DNA of 60,864 bases, counting the filler, from Platydemus manokwari (Eukaryota), in assembly GCA_037951405.1 (NCBI GenBank). It is 5 parts of 5 records of this genome, joined end to end, with 100 filler letters (N's around TTAATTAATTAA, not from the genome) between each part and the next. Parts side by side here need not be neighbours in the genome. Positions count along the whole stretch, not along the records: positions 47,176 to 60,864 come from JBBMOY011643624.1; 4 more parts are not named here. One strand, given 5' to 3'. Shown here piece by piece: positions 48,889 to 60,864 of this stretch (within the stretch, counting starts at the first letter, position 1; every line of letters starts with the position of its first letter). The translations under genes and the position numbers were made by a program. The notes under the pieces are model-generated. The model was not told the origin of the DNA. It made no database searches and saw only the letters and a list, made by a program, of their open reading frames with translations.

Positions 48889-50488
48889 TCCATATCATCA
48901 ATTCAAACGGTTTTACTTTGAAATTCAATACTAATGCTACAGATTTATTGAAAATCTCTTTCCAATGTCAATTTTCGTTTCTTCATACAATAAACCAATT
49001 GTTCTCGTTAAGAAATTTGAAGACATGTCTATACGGAGAATTGACTTATCATTCTCTTCTTACAACAAGATTTTACTCTAACTAATTGAGCTATTCGTAG
49101 TGCATTAACTATTGTTTTCTTTCACTCTTTATACTTTAAGAGCTTGTTCAAGCATGTGGTTTTAGGAGATATTATTTAGTGGAATATCAGGGATGTTAAA
49201 ATATCTTTTAATTTACTACATAATATATTTTAATAACTCTGACAAAAGTATTCTCTTCTCATGTAAAGATCATAATAGCATATTGATCAAACACTTTTTA
49301 CCGAGAGGTTTGTGTCGGAATTCATCTAATTCACCAGTGTCTGATGAAATATCGAATATTACAACCAATAGAAGTTTCTATTTTATATTACAGTGCATCC
49401 TTTCATTTCCTCATTAATAATTATATTGTTTTCTGCAAAGTATTTTAGAGATAAAGCTAGATGGTCGACAATATAATCCAATTTCTAATTGAACAGTTAA
49501 AACAATGCTGTTTGATTAATATTGGCTATTACTGAGACTCAGGAAAGGACTTCAATATAATATAAGAGGGGCACATATATTTCTAAAAATAAATCATTTA
49601 ACTTCAACAAAATAGTGTGAGATTACCACAGAGAATTGCTTGCCTGATAGTTTATCATTTTAATAATTTTTACTTAAAATTCCTCTTTCCTATAATTAGT
49701 ACATCACTCAAAATTAAATACCCAGTAAAGTGATTCTGTGAGGAAAAGAATTCAAAAACACACGAAATATTAAATCATCCTTTTTTATTACAAAGTTTTG
49801 ATTGCTTCTCGAGCAGATTTCAAACAAATTCAATTCCGTATTTTGTATGTTGTTACAAAAATTTCAAAAAAAACACCAAAAGAAAATCCCATTCACCAAA
49901 ATAGGTTTGTCCACAAATTCTCAAAACATCAAAGAAATCATCGAATAATTTAAAATTCCTAATTATTGGTCTTCATCAATCATCTTTTCATTCAGTACAT
50001 GTGACCAGAGAGAGATAATGAATTTGGTTTATAATTTAAATTATCAGTGTCTGCTAGAATATTTAGAGAATAAAGAAAGCGAAAAAAAAATATAATTAAT
50101 GTCGTTCAATGCGGCATTTTTCTTCGTAAGTGGCACAGTTTTTCTCTTTTGAACTGCAGCGTAATGGACGTTCGGATTAATGTGAAGAATACAAAACAAT
50201 TTATGCTAAGGAAAATATGTGACGGGTTTGTTTTTTATATCATTTTAATGATAATCAATCTGAATTCATAAAATAGTAATAAAATTCAATAATGAATAAA
50301 TTAATATAAGTCAATGGTTTGGTATTTTAAAAATTATTCGATAAATATTATTATTTTATTTTGGAATTTATCATTGGAATCAAATACAATATAATATTGA
50401 TTTATGAGTTAACTGACAAAAGTCCAAGTTTTAAATATCGATTCTTTTATCTTTACCCATTAAATTATAAAAATAATTTATCGATAAA

Positions 50489-51000
50489 TAATGAGTTGTT
50501 GCATAAGTTTCTGCCGCTTTTTAAACCTTTATTTTCAAAAAGATCAAAGAATTTTAACACCAAAACTAATAACACTTCAATCGATTATGTACTCGCCTTC
50601 ATTGTTCACTATTTCTTCCCATCTTTCCACAAGTTTGTTGATTTCATTTTGCAAGAAATCCTTACATTGAATCTCGAAGAAATTGTTGAGACAATTCACA
50701 AAATGATGCTGTTTTTCGAAGCTAAAGCCCATTATTTCATTTGGAACGCAGTGGAAGAGATGGTAATTCATCGGGACGAGGTCTGGGGAATAGGGAGGAT
50801 GTTGAAGGACCTCCAAATCGACCTCTCAGAGTACCATCTTGACAGTTTTTGCGATCTGCGATCCAGCATTCTCATGGAGGAGGATCACCTGTCTTTGTCG
50901 ATTTGGTATTTGTTTTTGAATTGTTTCATTAACTCGATACAATTGGGCTTTACAGAGATTCTTCTCTGCTGTCATGTTCTTTCCAAGCATTCCCCAGTAG
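50489..51000 (-). mobile_element. Degenerate mariner (DD34D) transposon, 3' part with terminal inverted repeat
   Basis: The peptide VILLHENAGSQIAKTVK..*..EVLQHPPYSPDLVPMNYHLF..KLVERWEEIVNNEGEYIID* carries the LLHDNA and YSPDLAPSD motifs with the catalytic Asp residues mutated and an internal stop. TA followed by ATGAGTTGTTGCATAAGTTTCTGCCG (50489-50516) resembles an Hsmar1-type TIR. Confidence 0.9.
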
Positions 51001-53605
51001 ATTAGACCTTCTCAAACAGAAAATTTATAATACATTTTATAAATTCAAATTAATAACGATAAAAGGTTATAAAAATTGCTCATATCAATGTGAAATTAAC
51101 ATTGTCTGAACAATCGCCGATAGAAAAATAGAGGCTGCTTTGTCAGATTAGTACAAAATTTTCTTTCTTACTAAACTAGCATGATTTTAGTTTTATTCAT
51201 ACCTACGGTTCTACATGTTTCTATAGCCATAAATGCTAACTGATTCTTATATATTTATAAGTCATTGTTTTATTTCTGGAAATTACGATAATGTATCACC
51301 ATACATGTTAGGGATGAATTGCAGTACAACCAGAAGCGGTTTCTAAGCTAAGATATTTCAAATTTGTTGATCACGTGATCATCTAGTTGCAATTAACGGG
51401 ACTGATAATTTTTTGAACTGGGTCCTTGTACAGTGTTATTTGTGATATGAATATAAATGGTTCTAAAAAATATTTACATTTCTTTCCATGTATGAATCGG
51501 GATAAGATAATTGGTGTATTTTTTAAATCAATTCTAGATTAAAATTTGAGAATTAATCCGTTTATCAAAACAATAAACATTGTTTTCAAAGCCAAAATCA
51601 ATTTTCGATATTTTCATTTTATTAGCGAATCATTTAGTCGACTATGAAAATTCTTTAATATTATTTTAGATTCATTTTTGCTTTTGTTTAAAAATTGAGC
51701 TCATGTTAAGAGCTTATAATTGGAAATTTTGTAAAAAAAATTGGCTTGAAATTTTATTGATTTTCCTGTTGAAATTAATTGGGTAAAACATATAATAAAA
51801 ACAGGCAATGTGCTTTCTCTCATCGAAAACTTTTTCGTTGGTTTTTTTAAAAATTAAAATAAACGTCTTTGATTGGTTGATGTCAGTTTATATGAAGTTG
51901 TGTCACAGGCTTGAAATAATAACGAGAAATGCTTGACTATTATAATTAATCAAATCTAATATTAAAAATTTAAGAATAAAATCGAATTAAAATATGTATT
52001 TCGTATCTGGGGTGATTAATCAATGGTTTCGGATTTGTCTTGAACTATATTTGAAATAAAAGTGCATTACAGGATATCTCAAAAATGTTCTTTCTCGTCT
52101 GTAAGCAAATCGGCATGATTTATAGTGGTAAATTCAAGACAAATCGTTGCATATTTAGATGAATCTAATATTTTTCTGTAACACTGGTTTCTGTCGACAT
52201 ATAAATTTCGTTCCAAAGATGTCAATGAAACTGGCAGTGAATTACGAATAATATTATTTAATATATAGGTTTCATAAGAAATGAAAATCTTCATTCTAAA
52301 CACTGAGATAAAGTCTACTCCAAATAGTAATGTTAATAATAGTGAATATTATTGATGTTGGCGATGAATAATACAAATTATGATAATCTGCTTGCAGCAC
52401 GACTAAATATCAAAAGTGATTTTTAATTTAATTTTAAAACCAATTGTTTCTCTTGTCTTATTAACGTTTTCGTCAATTTACACCACATAAATTTGTTTTT
52501 TTGACTCTGATATTAATATATTCGATTATATAATTGGTTAATTCGTCCAAAATATTAAGTATTAATTTCTGGTGTTTTTCAATCATCTGCTTAACGACAG
52601 TTATATATTATTTTTAATAATAAGTGTGAATATAAATGTGATAAAACTGTGTGTAATAAATTACTTTCCAATAATAGTCATTGGTGTATTATTCATTACT
52701 GTTATTTGATTCTTATTCGTTTCTTCAATAAACTTGATTAATATCACTATTCTCCCATTGATAGACGTAAAGTAACTAACTAAAGCCAGCCCGAATATAT
52801 AAGAAAGATTTGAGTATATCGTAAATGAGTTTAAGATACCCGAATGACGAAGCCAAAGACAATAATATTTCATGGAACTATCATTACCAATAAAATTCAA
52901 AACAAATAACAGAAAAATATAAGAATCGAATTCATCTAATTTAATAATCGATTAGGGACAAACACACACGCATATATATATATATATATATGTATTATAT
53001 ATCATCAAAATAATAATTTATAATGGTATCAACATCGAAACTGTTGTCATATCATAATCGATAGATATTCAACATTATCAAATATCTATTCTTGTTAGCT
53101 TACATAAAACAACATTAACATCACAGATCTTGTTTGAATCAATAGCCATTATAGAATATATTATAATCTTCATTCTATCAGACGGACAATTTTCACCAAG
53201 TCTGCTTATTTCTTTCAGTTGTAGAGGCTGTTTTGGCGTAATCAAGTGTAAATACTCCTCTCCATCTAATCAACTTAATTTAACCATATTAAATTTCAAG
53301 AAAAATTTCGAAATGATATTTTGGTGTTTTTCTTTTGTCTTTGCTTTACAAAACAAAACCATTGGGTTTTTTAATATTATTCCAAGAATAAACTTAAATT
53401 TTAATATGGTTTTTCATGGATTTTGTCGTTATATTTTTTTAAAAATTTATTTCATTTTCTAATGCGGAATTTGCTCAACATTGAGTCGATAATTTTTATC
53501 ATGAGGCTTACCTGGGAGCTTGTCTGGTAGAATTATGGAATCAAGATTTACCAAAGATTACTAGTCTATGGTATTAAAAATTCTATAAAAATAACATTTA
53601 TATTC

Positions 53606-54330
53606 TGTGGCATATTTTATACTATTTAATCAATTAACTTCCCAATACCAATAATTGGGTGTCGATTTTTTGGTGATATTATACGGGATGATAAGTACAG
53701 AATATTCAGTATAAATCCACAATTAGACCTGAAAACTATATTACCCAAAATATTACAATCGTAATCATAGAAACTATAAGTAAATTTCTTTACAAATCAC
53801 AATCGTTAATCACACAAGACGGGATCAGCATCCAAAATTTAAAAACAGAGTTGAAAATAATTAAAAAGACTGATTACTGAAAATCACACAAAGATAAGAT
53901 TAATACATAAGTTACCGACCAAAGAGACTGGCAGTTACTCATAAAACCCAACCTCTTGTATAGACCAATCTGGTGTGTCTTCTGGATGTCATGGATCTTT
54001 GTTTTCCATTTTCTGAATTTGCTCGTATACCGGTTCACTTGAAATTTTCCAAGTATTCCTTATGCTATTGGCAGGTATTTGAGCTTTCTGCCATTTGTAG
54101 GTATGTGCCTGTCGATTCTTAGTTTTTATAAATGGATTAACATTAAAACGAATCTCATTGGCTGTCGGCACATGTGGTTATTGGGTCTGTGTGTGTTGAC
54201 CATTTTTAGGGTTATTTCCTTGGTTCTTGTAACCCTTTTGATGGATTTGTTATCTGTCCAATAAGAAAATAAATCATTGGGATTGAATAATAATTTGTTT
54301 ATTTTAATATTCTATATTCTTTCTGACACA
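53606..54330 (-). mobile_element. Solo-LTR-like dispersed repeat, copy 2 (725 bp)
   Basis: This is an inverted homolog of 16685-17413. Its ends TGTGGCA...TGACACA form a 6/7 inverted repeat (TG..CA). An internal TATACAAG and CAGTC lie at equivalent positions. Confidence 0.55.
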
Positions 54331-55289
54331 ACTATTTAAAACCGCCTTTGGATAAGCATGGAAAATTAATCAATGCGTAACAAGAAGCCACCGAGAAAAC
54401 TATTATTAGAGGCAATGTGATTAAAAAAATACAAGGAACTTTAAAATAATACTTTTTGAGGAATTTAGTACAAGACTATCGATTCCTTTAAAATTATTCA
54501 AATCTGATTTATCTAAAATGATTTAAATTTAATCTGCTGTCGTTTGATAAAGTAGGAATTAGGTAGAAAAAGAATTTCAAGACAAAGTTGTATTGCGAAA
54601 TGAATCATATATTTTATTGAGACGATTATTCCATTTCGGGGCGACGTTTACCTTGACACTCAATGATATTATATCTATCGAAAGAATCTATTATACAGAT
54701 GTTGAATCTCCCATTGAGGATGGTAAAGAACAGAATCTTTATCAAAAAAGAAATTTAATAATTAATAAGCCGAATTACTGTGAAACCCATCAAAATTGAC
54801 AAATAAAAAGTCGTCAGAAGAAATAAAAAATGAACATTAGGTAGACGATTTATCGGTCAGAGTCGGTACATATGTGTAGAATATTCAGAATACATGTTTT
54901 TGTAAGAAACACAGTCCTATAAACCTATATTATCCGAGACTATGGATTAAAAACAGGCAATTGCTAGCATCACATGAGTTAACATTTTAGAGGCCAGTAG
55001 CCCCTCAGAAACAAATTCTTAATTTGTAGTCACTGGAGAAATGGTTTTACAGAATTTCATTTGACGTACACGGCAGAGGTTGTGTGGAAAAATCCTTTCC
55101 ATTCACGATGATGAACGTACCACACATGAAGTAGAAGGTGCAATAAAGAACTTTCAACTTTTTGTATACATTTTGATAAAAAGAAATAAAGGCTAATGAT
55201 ACTAGAAATGATACTAAAATAAGATTATAAAATTGTTGAGTGCATTGCAAAAATCAAAATAAAAAATATTTTGGCTAATTTGAGTTTTT

Positions 55290-55380
55290 TGTAAACCTAT
55301 CATAGTTTTGGCCCTCCAAATTTTTTAAAATCAGCAATGTGGCCCTTTGCTGAAAAAGTTTGGAGACCCCTGATCTAAGA
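55290..55380. mobile_element. hAT (Charlie-like) element terminus
   Basis: AAAGTTTGGAGACCCCTG ending at 55372 is the reverse complement of the Charlie-type TIR CAGGGGTCTCCAAACTTT. Subterminal TGGCCC repeats are present, and it is followed by ATCTAAGA (close to the NTCTAGAN target). The partner end was not found. Confidence 0.7.
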
Positions 55381-56099
55381 CAATTGATTCTAGTTTTCAT
55401 TGGATTTCAGCTATAAACATCCAAGTCGCATAATATAGATAAAAACTTGATAAAGCATGTTAGAAAACCGAATGTTAGAAATCTGGCGCAAAATAAAGAA
55501 ATCAGAATTAGTTCTAATGACTATGACAGGGCAATGAAAGGAAACCGAGACAAGTTCCATTTAAAAAGTTGTTCAATTTCGTTTATTGGACAACCAAACA
55601 TATCGGAAACTAATTACTTGGAGAAGGAAAAGGTTATGTTTATCATTAAAGTGCACATGCTTCTTGTATACGGAAACAATTGTAATATATATTTGAACTG
55701 GACCAAGAAACCACATTACAAAGCACATACACGAGGAAGTAAGAGCATTTTGGATAACAAGAATATTACCGATATCGATCAGATATGTTCCCAACTAGGT
55801 GTATTTATGTTTCGGGGGTTGTGGGAAATGTATGAAGAACAATATCCTAAATAATTATAAATAATATAGTGTGATGTTTAATAAAAATACTATGAATAAA
55901 TCAAATTTACAAAAAAAATAAAATTATAAATTAAATCTTTTTCTAACCATAAAGATATTTAATTTAAATAAATTAACATTATAAACAAGCTTAATATTTA
56001 AACAACATCAATCCAAAATTTTAAAAAATTATTAGAAATTTAATTCAAAAAAGAGCTTTCCCTCATGAAGTTAGGGATTAATGGATCAAATTTGTCTGG

Positions 56100-56188
56100 A
56101 AAAGTTCGAAAATTGACGAAATAATCAATTTTTTCGGACTATGAAGTTTTCGGATTATTGAAGTTCGGGTTAACGAGGGTTGACTGTA
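56100..56188. mobile_element. Tc1/pogo-Tigger-type MITE terminus
   Basis: GTTCGGGTTAACGAGGGTTGACTG plus TA (ending 56186-56188) is the reverse complement of TA-CAGTCAACCCTCGTTAACCCGAAC. Subterminal TTCGGA repeats are present. The partner end was not found. Confidence 0.65.
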
Positions 56189-56809
56189 TTTTAAAAAAAT
56201 ATATTGATAATTGTATGATATGAATATTTATAAAATGATTTTGCTTTCCTGTTAACCTTTCAATTTAATAAAATATATCGAAATTAGTAAAATTACAAAA
56301 TATAATTTTAAATAAAAAATAAATATTGTGAAAAAAGTAGATAAATCAGATGGAAATACATTTCTGATATTTTAAAATTTATTTAAAATGGATGTATTAT
56401 AAATACATATTTTTTCGTTTCGTTGAAAACATGTCTTTTGATTTAAATATTAAAAGCTAGTAAGTTTCAGCAAGTAGCAAATACAATACGAAAAATATTC
56501 AACGAAGTCATTTATTGATAGACACTGAAAAGTTATAAATTTGACAAAATGGCTTCTTTCTTGTTATTCTGAGCTATCAGAAAGCCACAATAATCTTGCT
56601 CATTTGGCAAACAATTCGAAAGTCAATTCTCACAATTTAACAGATATCAGTCGTAACAATAATAAATATTAATCGATATTTTGTCAATAATATTTCGGAT
56701 TTTAAATGATATGATTGTAATAATTTGTTAAGAATCACTGATTAAGAAAACCAACTTTACAAGGTTAAATCAATGAATTTATTGGATAATGATTTTTAAT
56801 TTTAATTGA

Positions 56810-57232
56810 AATAATTTGATTATTAATTGATGATTATTTATTGATTATTATATAATTATTAAACGATTATAAATGAATTATTAATTGATTTATAATTGAT
56901 AAATAATTTGTTATTAATTGGTTATTCATCGATAATTAATTGATAATTAATCGGTTTTATTAATTGATTTTTAATTGGTAATTCATTGGCTATTAATTAA
57001 TTATTAACTGATTATTAAATAATTATTAATTTGATACTAATTGATTACTAATTGATTACTAATTGGTTATTAATTGGTTATTAATTGATTATTAATTGGT
57101 TATTAATTGGTTATTAATTGATTATTGATTGATTATTAATTGGTTATTAATTGGTTATTAATTGATTATTTATTGGTTATTAATTGATTACTAATTGATT
57201 ATTAATTGATTATTAATTGGTTATTAATTGTT
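56810..57232. repeat. 11-bp AT-rich minisatellite (AATTG[G/A]TTATT)n
   Basis: Units are near-perfect from ~57040 to 57230 and degenerate leftwards. Confidence 0.9.
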
Positions 57233-57757
57233 TATTGTCAAATTTTATGACTTCAATTTTGATCCCTTTGTAAAATAAGCCTGTTGAAATAAGCGATATT
57301 GAAACATTAAAGTTAAAGTCCCAGTACATTTGTTATCTTGGCAAAATAAAAATTATTAAACCGTTTTATATATTCCTCTTTTCTAGTTGAAAGACTAGAG
57401 GTGCGAACAAATCATGTCAATATCTTATTGTCTGGGGTTATCTGCTTCCTGTGCTGTTGATTTCTCCATTGTTGTAATTTATAGAACAATGACAGTTGTC
57501 GTCATATTGTTATTGCGTATGATGTTGAATATCTTTTAATATTACAAGCTTTAATATTTATTTTTCTAATGTTTTATTTATTTATTTATTTATATTGCAC
57601 TCAGAGATTGTTGTCGCTGGCTCTCATGTGGTTTTCAACATTAAAAGATTTGACAATAACAATGTTGCCGAGGAAATATGATGCTTTGTTTTATTTCTAG
57701 ATAATATTGTGGAATTTTTATAATTGTAGCGGTGGTATTTCATTATTAATGTAATGT

Positions 57758-57759
<2 letters not shown>

Positions 57760-57791
<32 letters not shown>

Positions 57792-57808
57792 TAATAATAA
57801 TGATAATA
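57760..57808. repeat. (AAT)n microsatellite
   Basis: Read directly from the sequence. Confidence 0.9.
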
Positions 57809-57985
57809 TTAACGTTTCAAATCATTAAAAAATTTCATTACATGGAAATTCTTATAATTATTAATATTATGATTAAACTTTATATTTTATTATATATTTT
57901 AAGTCATTTTTGATTACATTATTTTGTAGATTTCAATCAATCTTTGGTTGTCAAGCATATTGAATATAATTAAAAGTCGATTCAC

Positions 57986-58166
57986 CTGTCCATTGCAAGC
58001 CACGATAATATGTTCATGATCAAATGGATCTTTGCTGATATTGGTCACCAATTCGTCCTTCTTCAATCCCGGATATCGATATGATGAAAACAACCGATAA
58101 TATTGTTCCATACAAAATGGTTGACCTTTGCGGTTGTGTGTAGCACGGTCTACTGGAAGACCTCGT
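57986..58166 (-). CDS. ChAT: Single internal exon of choline O-acetyltransferase (choline/carnitine acyltransferase family)
   Basis: An AG/GT-bounded 181-nt exon reads RGLPVDRATHNRKGQPFCMEQYYRLFSSYRYPGLKKDELV..EHIIVACNGQ. This matches ChAT as recalled ([30 protein letters not shown]). No other exon was recognised in the window. Confidence 0.85.
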
Positions 58167-59319
58167 CTAAGAGGAATAGAAACCACAGAATTAAAATCAT
58201 CTTTTTAAAATTGATATTTTAATTAATAATTCAAATGCCAATTCTATGAAGCCATTCGTTATTTGATTATAAATCGATAATAAATAGTAAAAACAAAATG
58301 ACCAAAGTGCTCCAGTAAAAATTTTACGAAAAAAATTCACGGAACAAATAAATATGAAAAAATCGATAAAACGAAAACTAACCATTCCACCATTTTCAGC
58401 TAAGGAAATATATAAAATAATTTCAATATGAGTGTTAGATAAAATAAAAATCGATATGAATTTCCTTTAAAAAATGCCAAATCAAAACTCAAACGACTTA
58501 CAAAAACATAATGATAGACAAATACGAAAAATTTTACCAATTTGATTTAGACGATGCATATCTGACTTGACATAATAGTTGATTCATAACGACACCACAT
58601 TTCGAAGCCTATATGGGATAGGCTACAGTATAGCACGTTTTCATTGCATCACAATTTCCAAAATTTTGAATTACATTTCACAATACATCTAATTGTTGCT
58701 AATATATATATTCAATAAAAGCATGGATGTGACAACACTGATGAGTGGAATTGAAGGAGGGGATTCTTATTTAAAGTGAGTGCATGCAAAAAATCGCATA
58801 ATAATTTTAGCATAAAATTCAACAATTGAGATAGCTTTTTAGATTTCGAATCATTTGAATATTCTGTGACCACTGCAACTTATTCAGACTACAGTCTGCC
58901 AAGATAAAGTCCGAATAACATAATCTGATCTCTATAATCACTCACCGACCGATTTTCTAAACTGCTGAAGTGATGATAATTACAGATAAAGCTGTATTGT
59001 TTCTCATAAATGATAATGCGATAATACCTTAATAATTACTTTGAATGAATAAAGGTAATGCGCAAAAGAAGCTTCTACCGCAATCACTTGAATCTGGACC
59101 CAATATTTTGACATATCTGCTTCTAACAAATTGATTCAATATGTATTTAGGGGTTAAAATTAATTTACTAAATGATTTTATGAAAGATATATAATGATGC
59201 ATAACTGGAGGACTACAGAATCAATCGGATAGAATAGATTTTCGCAATACAACAAATGTAATTGTAAACATATGATCGATGGAGGTAAAATACGGGGATG
59301 ACTTCAAGCGATGTCATTG

Positions 59320-60864
59320 GATATACAACATTGGGAAAGTTTAAATCGAAATCGATAGATATACAACACGAGGGAAGTTAAAATCAGTAAAGAGAGATAT
59401 ACAACGCAGGGAAAGGTTAAATTGTTATCGATTGATATACAACATTGGGGAAGTTTAAATTGATATGGATAGATTTACAAAACTGGAAAAGTTTTAATCA
59501 TGTTTATTGGATATACAACATTGGGAAAAGTTTAATTGATGTGGATAGATATACAACACAGGGAAAGTTTAAATAAGGTTTATTGGATATACAACATTGG
59601 GAAAGTTTTAACTGATATGGATAGATATACAACACAGGGAAAGGTTAAATTGTTATCGATTGATATACAATATTGGGTAAGTTTTAATTGATATGGATAG
59701 ATATACAAAACTGGAAAAGTTTTAGTCATGTTTATTGGATAAACAACACAGGGAAAGGTTAAATTAGTGTCAATTGATATACAACATTTGGGGAAGCTTT
59801 AATCATGTTTCTTGGATTAACAACATTGGGAAAATTTTAATTGATGTGGATAGATATACAACACTGGGAAAGTTTAAATAAGGTTTATTGATGTACACTA
59901 CAAGGAAAGGTTAAATTGTTATCTATTGATATACAACATTGAGGAAGTTTTACTTGATATGGTTAGATATACAAAACTGGAAAATTTTTAGTCATGTTTA
60001 TTGGATAAACAACACAGGTGAAGTTTGAATTGGTATCGATAGATAAACAATACATAGAAAGGTTAAATTGGTGTCAATTGATATACAACAATTGGGGAAG
60101 TTTTAATCATGTTTATTGGATATACGTAATTGGGAAAATTTTAATCAATGTGGATAAATATACAACACTGGGAAAGTGTAAATAGGATTGTATAGATATA
60201 CAACATTGGGGAAGTTTGAACTGATATGGATAGATATACAACACAGGGAAAGGTTAAATGAGTGTCAATTGATATACAACATTTGGGGAAGCTGTAACCA
60301 TGTTTATTGGATAAACAACACAGGTGAAGGTTAAATTGGTATCGATAGATATACAACATTGGAAAAGTTTTAACTGATATGGATAGATATACAACACAGG
60401 GAAAGGTAAAATTGGGGTCAATTGATATACAACATTTGGGGAAATTTTAATCATGTTTATTGGATATACAACATTGGAAAATCTTAATGGATATGGATAG
60501 ATATACAACACTGGGAAAGTTTAAATCAGGTTTATTGGATATACAACACTGGGAAAGTGTAAATAGGATTGTATAAATATACAACATTGGAGAATTTTGA
60601 ACTGATATGGATAGATATACAACACCAGGAAAGGTTAAATGAGTTTCAATTGATATACAACATTTGGGGAAGCGTTAATCATGTTTATTGGATAAACAAC
60701 ACTGGGGAAGTTTAAATTGATGTTAATATCACAGGTAAAGTTTAAATTGGTATCGATAGATATACAACATTGGAAAAGTTTTAACTGATATGGATAGATA
60801 TACAACACAGGGAAGGTTAAATAGGTATCGATAGATATACAGCATTGGGGAAGTTTAAATTGAT
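59320..60864. repeat. 38-39 bp minisatellite, ~40 copies, running off the window end
   Basis: Units start GATATACAAC at 59320, 59358, 59396, 59434, 59472 and onward. A conserved core GATATACAACA(TT/CA)GGGAAAG is followed by one of a few recurring tail variants. Confidence 0.95.

Noticed and set aside
50361-51005. 214-aa plus-strand ORF
   Set aside because: It is the antisense shadow of the mariner relic.
52079-52303. Next ChAT exon (SLTSLER...TICLE)
   Set aside because: It has only a vague resemblance to LLTS..R..W/LVCLD, the spacing is wrong, and the conserved Trp is absent.
59320-60864. CRISPR array
   Set aside because: The variable parts are short, mutually homologous and recur many times. 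The context is eukaryotic and no cas genes are present. The short minus-strand ORFs here are repeat artefacts.

Overview
This is a very AT-rich eukaryotic window, most likely from a free-living flatworm (planarian). The taxon is inferred from a Schistosoma p40/Tsp36-type double alpha-crystallin sHSP, many 44-60 nt introns and pervasive (AAT)n. Four 100-nt spacers (44N-TTAATTAATTAA-44N) split the window into five contigs: 1-17478, 17579-26502, 26603-36639, 36740-47075 and 47176-60864. Adjacency across these spacers may be artificial. Host genes found are an ankyrin-repeat + C-terminal RING gene (-), a complete 4-exon PRP8 (-), a complete 5-exon p40-like sHSP (-), the C-terminal part of USP34 (+), Groucho/TLE lacking its last exon (+), and one exon of choline acetyltransferase (-). 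The rest holds TE relics (Merlin, mariner, hAT and pogo/Tigger ends, solo-LTR-like pairs, a miniature LTR element), a gene-free contig of decayed coding-like sequence, and 11-bp and 38-bp minisatellites. I found no demonstrable new biological system. The best leads are the decayed element on the 26.6-36.6 kb contig, the miniature LTR element, the modular ankyrin-RING gene, PRP8 substitutions at normally conserved sites, and the patchwork 38-bp satellite. All homology calls rest on reference sequences recalled from memory, not on searches.
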